Virus record (IMG/VR): IMGVR_UViG_3300020042_003994
Span: 1 to 26,051 of that record
DNA from: a virus
Lineage: Duplodnaviria; Caudoviricetes
Direction: 5' to 3' (one strand)
Length of the DNA: 26,051 bases
In this document: positions 7,586 to 16,900 of the stretch, in pieces
Position numbering within the stretch: the stretch's first letter is position 1
How the letters are laid out: each line of letters opens with the position of its first letter
Position numbers and translations under genes: made by a program
Notes under the pieces: model-generated
Told to the model about the DNA's origin: nothing
The model's input: the letters and a program-made list of their open reading frames with translations, nothing else
Database searches by the model: none

Positions 7586-7804
7586 ATGAGTGGCTATTCA
7601 ATCACGCTTGCAAAGCGTATCAGCACGGCAAAGAACACCGTTGGCGGTGCATTAGGCATGTTGGCAGTGCGCAAAGAGATCGGTGTAGCGGCGATTGCAG
7701 CAAAGTTAGGTGTGTCACGCACGTGCGTATACGATTGGTTTACAGGGCAGTATGCACCCGCCCCCGATAAGCTAAAGCGATTGGAAAAATTGCTAGGCAA
7801 ATAG
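7586..7804 (+). CDS. Cro/XRE-like HTH protein
   Basis: IGVAAIAAKLGVSRTCVYDWFTGQYAP HTH; GGAG at 7576-7579 before ATG 7586. Confidence 0.82.
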   Translation: MSGYSITLAKRISTAKNTVGGALGMLAVRKEIGVAAIAAKLGVSRTCVYDWFTGQYAPAPDKLKRLEKLLGK

Positions 7805-7843
7805 CCCCTCGCGGGTCTGTCATCGTATAAGAAGAAGCACTAT

Positions 7844-10672
7844 ATGACACCTACAGAATTTCTGCGCCTTGTGCTTCCTGAATCGGGAACATACTGTCTC
7901 GCAGCCATAGCAAACAAGAAGGTTGAGCAACTATTTCTACCGGCTATTGCAGATTTTGAACCCGCGAGTGGCGCACTAGATGCGCCCGTAAATCAGTATT
8001 TTGCATGTGCATCTTTTAATGATGGCTCATCGCGCAAACAGACAAACGTTGCATGGCTCAAATCGTTTTGGTTAGATGTTGACAGCAACAAGCCTGACGG
8101 TAGCGGATACCCCACGCAAGAAGATGCAGCTAGCGCTATCGTGGCGTTCATCAAGGCTACGGGATTACCCCGTCCGGTCGTTGTAAACTCAGGCAACGGC
8201 TTTCACTTATATTGGCCTCTAGAGCAAGAGATTAGCCCTGACGTGTGGCTACCGATAGCCACGCGCTTTAAGGCAGTGTGCGACGAGCAGGGGCTTCGCG
8301 TAGACCAAACATGCACAGCGGACTCTGCACGCATACTGCGTATTCCGGGCACATACAACTACCGTGACCCAAGCAACCCCAAACCCGTTGAGATACTGAA
8401 GTCACGCAAGACCCCCATCAAGCTCATAGCGTTTGCAGAGAAGTTGGGTACGGGTGAAGCGCAAGCCCCTGATAACGTGTTGCCGTTTGCTGTGCCTAAG
8501 CACATCAAGTACAAGATGGATGACACCACCAAGACGTTTTTGCAAAACCACGTTACGCGGTTTAAGAACATCATGGTACGTACTGAGACATGCTTGCAGC
8601 TAAAGCACATCTGCGAAAACCAAGCCACAATCAGTGAACCGTTGTGGCGTGCAGGATTGTCTATTGCACAGGTCTGTATCGACCGTGACGAAGCTATCCA
8701 TGCAATGTCCGACAAACATCCCAACTACTCCCACGCAGCGACAGACGCTAAAGCAAGCAAGACTGAGGGACCCCAATTCTGCAAGACCTTTGAAGGATTA
8801 AACCCTGATGGTTGCAAAGCGTGTCCGCTTAAAGGTAAGATTACAACCCCCGTAGTGCTTGGGCGCGAGATACAACGCGCAACAGACGAAGACAACGTTG
8901 TTACAGTTGCCGACCCACTGACTAAGCAAGCCGTGCAAGAGGTTATTGAGCCGTTTCCGTTTCCGTTCTTTCGCGGTAAAGCAGGTGGGGTGTATGCGGA
9001 AATGGGTGAGGGTGAGCAGCGCACTGAAACGTGCGTGTATGAACATGATTTTTACGTAGTTAAACGTATGCAAGACCCTATGTTGGGGGAATCCATATTG
9101 GTACGTTTGAAATTGCCCCACGATGGTATTCGTGAATTTAGTCTACCGCTCCCCGTAGTGGTGGCTAAAGACAAATTTCGTGACGCTATTGCGGAGTATG
9201 GTGTTATGGCTAGTGGTAAAAACTTTGATGCACTTATGACTTATATCCAAAAATCTACTAAGAGGCTACAAATGCGTGAACGCACTGAAAACATGAGAAC
9301 CCAAATGGGTTGGACAAGCGAGGGTACATTTTTAATTGGTGATCGGGAGATCATCCCGACAGCCCTCCCGACAACTGAGATAAGCAGGTATAGCCCCCCG
9401 TCTACGGCTACGCTACGCGTGACGAGCATGCTGCAAAAGAAAGGCACGATGGATGAGTGGCGCAAGGTCGTAAACTTCTACGACACCCCCGGACTTGAAC
9501 CGTTTGCCTTTGCTGTGTTTCTGAGCTTTGGTGCGCCGCTTATGTACCTCACGCAGTACCGTGGGGGCATCTACAACCTTATGAGTAACCAATCAGGTAT
9601 TGGCAAGTCCACCGCGCTCATGGTAGCCAACAGTGTCTGGGGTCATCCGGTTGATCTGTTGTTGCAGAAGGACGACACCTACAACGCCCGCATACACCGC
9701 ATGGGCGTACTGCAACATTTGCCCATTACCATTGACGAAATCACCAACATGTCCCCGATTGAAATGTCAAACATGGTGTATGCCGCAACCGCTGCACGAG
9801 GCAAGAACCGCTTGCAAGCCAGTACGAACGCAGAGCGTGTGAACAACACCACGTGGCAAGCACCGACCATCACATCATCAAACAGCAGCGTGATTGATAA
9901 GCTCTCTGCTGAAAAAGATTTCCCTGAAGGCGAGTTGATGCGCGTAATGGAGGTGGCGGTGCAACGTACGATGCAGTTCACTAAGGTGCATACCGATGCG
10001 TTGTTTGCTAAGTTGCACGACAACCACGGGCTGGCAGGGGAGTTACTGATGACCTACGTGGTTAACAATCCTGATAACGCAAAGGCGATACTAAGCACCA
10101 TACAGGCGCAGACTGATCTGAATGCGAACTTGACCCAACGTGAACGTATCTGGTCAAACATGGCAGCTATTGCACTTGCAGGGGGTACGATTGCCGCAAC
10201 GCTAGGATTGCACAATATTGATGTTGCGCGAGTTGGGCGTTGGGCATCCGCACACTTGGCGACCGCTGCCGAGGCTACACGTGGCTCAGTAGACGGGTCA
10301 GATAGCTTGGCGGCGTACATCAACCAGAACATCAACAACGTTCTTATCATTGACGACAGCGATACAACCTACAAACCCATCGCGCTACGTGAGCCACGAG
10401 GCGAGTTGCTGATCCGCTACGAGCCAAATACCAAGACCATCTTCCTAGCATCGCAGCCGTTCAAGGCGTGGTGCGTGAAACGTCAGGTAGGTTACAACGA
10501 GTTGATCGGTGGATTGCAAGCTAGTGGGTTAGATATTAAGCTCGCCAAGAAACGCATGGCAAAGGGCACACTGCTCAGTACCCCACCTGCGAACGTGCTT
10601 GCCATCCATGACCCGCAGAGCCGTGTGTTTGATATGGACACCATAGCGGATGAGTCAAAACCCCAAGCCTAA
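7844..10672 (+). CDS. Primase-helicase fusion: RepB-like AEP primase, Cys-rich linker and DUF927-type P-loop helicase
   Basis: FWLDVD, VVNSGNGFHLYW, DSARILRIPGTYN (AEP motifs); C..F...NPDGCKACP; Walker A QSGIGKST, Walker B ITIDEIT. Confidence 0.9.
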   Translation: MTPTEFLRLVLPESGTYCLAAIANKKVEQLFLPAIADFEPASGALDAPVNQYFACASFNDGSSRKQTNVAWLKSFWLDVDSNKPDGSGYPTQEDAASAIVAFIKATGLPRPVVVNSGNGFHLYWPLEQEISPDVWLPIATRFKAVCDEQGLRVDQTCTADSARILRIPGTYNYRDPSNPKPVEILKSRKTPIKLIAFAEKLGTGEAQAPDNVLPFAVPKHIKYKMDDTTKTFLQNHVTRFKNIMVRTETCLQLKHICENQATISEPLWRAGLSIAQVCIDRDEAIHAMSDKHPNYSHAATDAKASKTEGPQFCKTFEGLNPDGCKACPLKGKITTPVVLGREIQRATDEDNVVTVADPLTKQAVQEVIEPFPFPFFRGKAGGVYAEMGEGEQRTETCVYEHDFYVVKRMQDPMLGESILVRLKLPHDGIREFSLPLPVVVAKDKFRDAIAEYGVMASGKNFDALMTYIQKSTKRLQMRERTENMRTQMGWTSEGTFLIGDREIIPTALPTTEISRYSPPSTATLRVTSMLQKKGTMDEWRKVVNFYDTPGLEPFAFAVFLSFGAPLMYLTQYRGGIYNLMSNQSGIGKSTALMVANSVWGHPVDLLLQKDDTYNARIHRMGVLQHLPITIDEITNMSPIEMSNMVYAATAARGKNRLQASTNAERVNNTTWQAPTITSSNSSVIDKLSAEKDFPEGELMRVMEVAVQRTMQFTKVHTDALFAKLHDNHGLAGELLMTYVVNNPDNAKAILSTIQAQTDLNANLTQRERIWSNMAAIALAGGTIAATLGLHNIDVARVGRWASAHLATAAEATRGSVDGSDSLAAYINQNINNVLIIDDSDTTYKPIALREPRGELLIRYEPNTKTIFLASQPFKAWCVKRQVGYNELIGGLQASGLDIKLAKKRMAKGTLLSTPPANVLAIHDPQSRVFDMDTIADESKPQA

Positions 10673-10889
10673 ACTTCCTACGGTGTGCATCGTTGATGCA
10701 GAGGGTGTTACCTATTCGTTTGATTGGGCAACATTCTCAGTGGGGGCTAGTGTGTTCATACCTTGCGTGGCAACTAACCGTATTACAGAGATGTTGGTAG
10801 GTAGTGCCCGCAAGCACCGCATCAAGCTGCACATTGCAGTGGGCGAACGCAACGGGCTTTGGGGGGTTGGTGTCTGGCGCATGCGCTGA
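10650..10889 (+). CDS. Small conserved phage protein (FDW.TF.VG.SVFIP...GVGVWR)
   Basis: Overlaps the primase 3' end; motif pattern resembles small proteins that follow the primase in such phages. Confidence 0.7.
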   Translation: MSQNPKPKLPTVCIVDAEGVTYSFDWATFSVGASVFIPCVATNRITEMLVGSARKHRIKLHIAVGERNGLWGVGVWRMR

Positions 10890-10895
10890 TATAAT
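10867..10895 (+). promoter_or_regulatory. Sigma70 promoter: TTGGTG-N17-TATAAT with extended -10 (TGaTATAAT)
   Basis: Perfect TATAAT at 10890-10895, TG at 10887-10888, TTG at the -35 position with a 17-nt spacer. Confidence 0.7.
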
Positions 10896-10901
10896 TGAGC
10901 A

Positions 10902-10965
10902 ATCAGCACGTCCATGCTGATACTCCTTGGTTGTGTTTACCCCGGTCTAGCACCGGGGGTTTTTT
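10902..10965 (+). ncRNA. Predicted ~64-nt small RNA with an anti-Shine-Dalgarno core
   Basis: Starts 7 nt after the -10; 5' hairpin ATCAGCA-cgtcca-TGCTGAT (10902-10921), unpaired ACTCCTTGGTTGTGTTTA, then an intrinsic terminator. Confidence 0.6.
10940..10965 (+). terminator. Rho-independent terminator
   Basis: CCCCGGT-ctagc-ACCGGGG, then G and TTTTTT, at the convergence of the two arms. Confidence 0.9.
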
Positions 10966-13900
10966 ATTTAGGACCCGCTTTTTGTATCGCAGAGCGCATC
11001 GTCCGCATGTCACTCAACATCACCTTTTCAATCTTGTTGATCTCATCAATGTTCTTGCGCTTTTCGGCAGAGGTCATGGCTGATGCAGGCATGTGGGTAA
11101 ACATTGCTTTTGTTGCGCGTAGCTCAGATAACACCTTGAGTTTCTGATTCACATAAGGTGCTGCGGCAAGTAAGTGGTAGTTCTTTTGCACGAACTCAGC
11201 GTACTTGACTGGGTTTTCTTTTTCAAGCATGTTCTTTGCTGCCACGGCTTCCGTGATCTTCTGACGGAAATCATAGAACTCATCCTTGACACGCGACCCT
11301 GCGGGGTTGACCAACGCAATACTCATGAATGGTATTTGCGCAAGTGAACGATCAGGTCGTGCAGGGTTCATCATCGCGTCAGTCATGAGCAGACCAGACG
11401 CACCCATTAGCCCGAACGTGCCACGTATCCAGTTATCGACCTTAATGGGTGATACGTCAGCAGCTTTACCAATTGCCTTACCAAGCTCTGAGGTGTTGGA
11501 TGTGTATTGCAGGGCGGACGGGCGTTCCTGCATGGATTTAGGCACAAGCTCTCGCTGCGTAAAGAACGAGTAGTTAGCTGTGTTCTCAATCGCTGATTTC
11601 ACTACAGGTGGGATTGGTACAGTACTGTAGTTTTTTAATCCCGCTAAAAGAGCGTCAGTTGCCGCACGCCCGACACCTTGATCTTCATCCTTTGATGCAG
11701 ATTTCCTGTAGCTCATGACACGCTCTGGGATTGACTTAAAGATAAACCCAAGTTCTGTCGGCACAGGGATTTTAATTGCAAAATTAAGCCCTAATCCTTC
11801 ATTGATTGACTTAGGCAGAATCCAATTGCGATCCCGCACTTCATCAGTCAGGTCTTCATACTGGTCATCCTCTGACATAGCTGCGGCATACAAGAATCCC
11901 AAGCCCATCATTACCAACATACGACTAATAAAGAACCTACGCGCAGCAGATTTGTTTAAGCCCGTGGACGAGTCTTTGCCGGACACCCCGCGATACATTA
12001 AGTCTAACCCCTGTGCGTACGCATTAAAGAACGGAACGGTTTGCGACATTACGTTCATAGCCGTGGATGACCCACGGCGGTTAAAGTTAATCAATTCACG
12101 CGCACGGACTATTGCAACAGCTTGGTCGCCGGTTTCTTTTAGTGTTTGGTCATACACCGCCATACGTGCAGCCATATCAGATGCTTTGGTAACCTGCTCA
12201 AGCTTGTTAATTAACGCCCGAACAAAACCGCGTTTCTCTGCACCTGTCTGATACTCAAGCGTTTCAATAGGGTTGATTGGGTTAAAGTCATAGTCCCCGA
12301 TAACACCTAAGCTTGTTAACCTACGCTCAGTAGACGATTGCTTACCAAACCACGCACCAAACCATGCACGAGGGAAGTTGTATAGAGTTTTGCCTAATGC
12401 CGCAACGGGGTTTTTAACCCCCGACAAAAACATTGCGCGTTGCGCATCGTTTATAACCTGCAACATTGCAAACTGGGGTGTTGCAGTAACGGTCGTGCGC
12501 AACAGGCGTGAGGATGCGCCGAGCAACTTCAACGCGCTTGATTTGATCTCAGGGGCTTGCACAAAGGCTGCAAAGTCATACGGGCTGTACAGTTCAAAGT
12601 AAACCGGCTCACCCTTCTCGTAGAGCTTAGGCACAACCATGCCGGAATTAGATGCTTGATTCATGGATGGCAACTTCGTAGCCATGTCCACACCCGGAGT
12701 TGCCATTAGATTCAGCACGCGCACAGCGGCTGAGTTGCGCATGGATTGGTCAACCATCCACGCCATCGTGTTCATGTAACTGTCCACGGTGTTTACTACA
12801 GGGCGCTTAAGCGACCCACGCAGCGCGGGTAATTCGCCTAGTGCAGAGATACCTTTGCGGGTTGGGCGTTGCGTGAGTGACGGGTCTTCATACACGTTTT
12901 TCTCACGATCAAACGGCACGTAATTAGTGACCGCCTTCCATAGGTCGCCACGGTCTTGACTGATGCGACCTGAAGTCACCATAGCGTCCACTGCGGACTC
13001 ACGCGAGGTGTTCATGATGCGTTGAATTTCTTGTATCTCAGGCGATGCTTGAAACACCTGCTCAAGCGCATCAATCTCAGCAAAGCTCATGTGCAGAAGA
13101 ATTTTCTTTTCACGTTCTTTATCGGCTTTATCAAACTCGCCACGTGCTTCATACGCTTGGGCAAGTTTTTCCCTATCTGCGTTTTCTTTGCGCAAATCAA
13201 ACAGGCGCATACCTTCTAGGACGGTTGCAACTTTGCCTTTGGTGACGTTGTAGGCTTCGTTGTTCTTCTTAGACAGTGCGTCAATATCTTTGACCACCTG
13301 CTGCGCCGACATTTCTTTGCCGTTGGCATCTTTAAGTTGATAGCTTTCCCAGAAGCCATCCTTGTTCATGCGCAAGCCACCTTGCCTGAACACATCAAGT
13401 GCCACACGTGCGTGGTCAAAGGCTTGCCGAATAAACTGCACGGGGTTTACATCACCAAACGAATCACGCACGCCCTGATCGAAACGCGCACCGAGCTTGG
13501 TAGCGATTGGCGCAAACACGTCCACAGTCTTTTGGCGGAACCAATCTGTCCAGCTAATATCATTTTGCGCTTGCACGGCAGCAAACTGCGTCATGGCTGT
13601 ACGCTGTGGCTGCGACTTGGCTTGGTTAATGCTGTTCCATGTAGCAGGTGTGATTTGCCCCACAGGAGTGTTAATGCTCTGCGAGGTTTGCATGATGGTT
13701 GACTCATCCATCTGCTGTTGGTCTACGAGTGACTCTTCACCACTAATGTCATTAACGTCAGTCGGCGTTTGGTTGTATGCGGATTTGATTTGATTTGGTT
13801 CAAACGCCACAATGTGTCGCCCACCATCAATCAACCCGTCATACCCACCAACTTGAAACACACGTTGCATTGCGTCTGTTGGAAAAGATATGTTAGGAAA

Positions 13901-16900
13901 GGGCATCCCACCCCGTGCAGCTTTTTCTTTAAAAAGTTTGACCTTTGACTGTATCCAATCAAACCCTAAATTTGGATTGTCTTTTCGCAACTCATCTCTG
14001 AATTGCATCACCATTTCATTGGTAATCTTGTTTTTTCCGGTTAGATTAAACGGATTTTTTACATTTAGATAGACCGGAACAACATTAGCATTTTCGTCGT
14101 TGGTAGCATAATCACTTGCTTCTTTTGGGTCAGAAGTAAAGTAAAACCCATCAGGCATGCTAGTGCGATTTTTCTTTTCTGATATTTTAAATTCACTGAT
14201 GTTGCCGGTCGTGCCGTGATACATCGCCTTCGGTGTGCCATCTTCATTGACAATCTTACTACCCTTAAACCACTTCTTAAACTCAGGTGTGTCGGGCGCG
14301 GTGGGTTTTGTTTCTGCTAGTGACTCTTCATAGCGCACGCGACTATTGCCCGCTGCTCTGTCTGCGACAGCGCCTTGCCACATCACGGGGTTAGCAGGAC
14401 TCATTGAATTAAGGAAATCCGCAACGCTTGTTGCTGGATTAAACTGCTTGCCTGTAACCGCTGCCACAAGTGCCCGCATCTGTTTAGCAACGGCTTGGAA
14501 GAACTTGGCTACAAGGCTTGTAGCTTTAGCGTCTGTGGTTGCCCAACGCGAAACGTTATCCGCAAACCATTCAGGAAAGCTCGCCCAATACGATTCAAAA
14601 TTAGGGTTGCCTTCCCCATCGGTAATGTTTTGTGCGGGTGAAGCTAAGGTTGCAGGCGAAACATTTGCAAGATTTAATGCGGCTGTTTCACGATTGCGCA
14701 GGGAGTTCATGAACTGCTCAACGCTCATCTTGCGTGCGGCGTCTCGCCATGCCGTGTACTCTTTTACAATAGCGTCTTTCGTAGCAAATCGCGCATGCAC
14801 AAAGGATGTGTACTCAATGCCATGCCCAAGCTCATGCGCAATGGTCTCAATCGCCTTAGCTTCAGACAACGTAGGATCAAGGTATATAGCAAGGGTATCT
14901 TGGCGTGGTCCAAACGGTATAAGCATGCCGTTTCTGCTTGCGCTGTTACCGGCTGTTGACAACGTGCCGTATGCACCGTGCAGATGATACTTATCATTAT
15001 TGCCAACTAAGTCCTTGCCCGCTACTAAGAACAGATTTACATCACCCATGCCAAGCTTCTGCATAAGCGCAGTTAGGTATTGCGTGTAGCGTGGGTCAAC
15101 GTTCTCTGTGGCGACTACGTTATTTGTAGCATTTGTAAACGGTCCATCGGGAAACTGTGTAAGCAAGGCGTTCTCACGCGCCTCAATTAGATTACGTGCT
15201 TCAACCAACTCCCGCACGTCCTGTGGCGTTAACCCCAACGTGCCTTGATTAACAAAACTTAGTTGCGATATGTCTTCCTTAACAATCATCGTGGCGGTCA
15301 TGGGTCTGTACTGAATTACCCCATTGTTTAACTGCACCCGTACCAACCCTTTCGTAGCATCTGCGTACACCACATCACCGTTCCCAATATACGGATTAGT
15401 GGTCTGCGCCCAAGACTCAATCTGCCCAGACTCAACACGCTGCTCAACAGGCGATTTGGGAGGAGGGGGCGGTGGTGTAGGTGCAACGGGTGCAGCCGCT
15501 TTAGTTGCCTTCGCTGCCTTCGGTTGTTTAGTTGCCTTAGACGCAGGCGCGGGTGCAGCCGCAGGTGTAGCGGCTAGGGGGAACCGTGCAAGATATCTGT
15601 CGATATTCGCCTTAATGCGGTCACTTCTAGACGCAGCACGATAAGCCTCAAGTGCTTGGCGTACAAACGCACCGTCCGTCGGATCGGTGATGTCCTTGCC
15701 GTTAACGTCCACGTTCCTGCGGATAGCCGCAGTGGGTCCGATGCCGAGCGCCCTCCACACGGTCGCATCAATGACCGGAGGCGCATTGTCAGGTGTGACA
15801 GCCGTAGGCGGTGTAATAGGCGCAGCAGGGGGCGTAGGGGGCGCTGGAGGGGTGATAGGCGCAGCGGGCGGTGTAGGTGGTGCGTCTTGCACCAACGGTT
15901 GTGGCTCGCCTAAGTCTAAGCCACCCTGACCCTCAGGCGCGGGTTGTGCAATATGTTGATCGTAGAACGCTTGGATGGCAACTTTCGTCTCAGGTCTAAC
16001 GTTCTTGTTCTCAAGTGCCGTGGCAATAAACTGCGCTGCCGCCGTGCGGTCAGCCTGCTGTGTGAGGTCAAGTTTCTTTAGCTGTTGTGCAACGGGCGCA
16101 CTGGCAGGGATACCCGCTGCCTTAACCAAGGCACTTGTCGTGGGCGCAGGAGCCGCAGGTGCGGCGGGCGTAGCTTGTGTAGGCTCTGCACTAGGCACAA
16201 CAGGTAACGCGCCCTGTGTGCCCGCAGGTACAGCCTCTGCGGTTTTAATCAGCTTGTTTAACTCACGGATACGTGCTGCCATCTGCGAACTAACCGCCCT
16301 GCTCTCTGGGGTATCAGGCAAGTCGTTTAGTTGTTGCAGCAAGCCATCGCGCTCTGCGCGGTGTTGTTGTGTAGATTGCGTGGCATCTAACGCCTGCGTC
16401 ATTGGTGTAGCGGTACTGCCCATTGGCATGGGTGCAGCAGGTGTGGGTTCTTCTGCTTTTGGGCGACCGTAGGCATCAAAGCCTGCCCTACGCTCTGGCA
16501 ACTCACCGCCTTGCACCGTCTCAGTGGGTGCTACGCGTCTGCCGCCTTCTAGGTTTAGACCGAACTGACCCTCAGGGGTTTCTTTTTGCCCAATGAACGG
16601 AGCTTGTGCAGCCTTTGCCGCCTCTTGCTCATCGCGCTGCGCACGCATGTACCCAAGGGTTTGTTGTTCTTTCTCGCGCTCTGCTTTGTCTTCTGGGGAT
16701 AGTTCCTGCCCCTTTGCGGCAGCTTCCGCGTCTTTGCCACGTGCACGGTATTCCCGCACACCCTTGACCCCTGCACCCAACCCGCCTTCTACAATAGCGC
16801 CTTCGACTATGGACTCAAGCAACTCTGTTTTATCAATACCCCGCTTGGTGTCAAACGTACCACCCAAGTACCCGATGCCTTCTTCTGCACCGCCTGTAGC

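Noticed and set aside
10712-10915. 67-aa minus-strand ORF with a strong AAGGAG RBS
   Set aside because: It lies antisense to the credible 10650-10889 gene and has no recognisable features. Its RBS and ATG are more simply the complement of the predicted sRNA. A cis-antisense (type I toxin-antitoxin-like) pair cannot be fully excluded.
10895-11147. Plus-strand ORFs 10895-11083 and 10914-11147
   Set aside because: They run through the intrinsic terminator, lack an RBS and are antisense to the large gene
13728-14330. ART cassette as an IS, intron or intein
   Set aside because: No transposase, terminal inverted repeats, intein C/S...HN ends or homing endonuclease motifs; the frame is continuous
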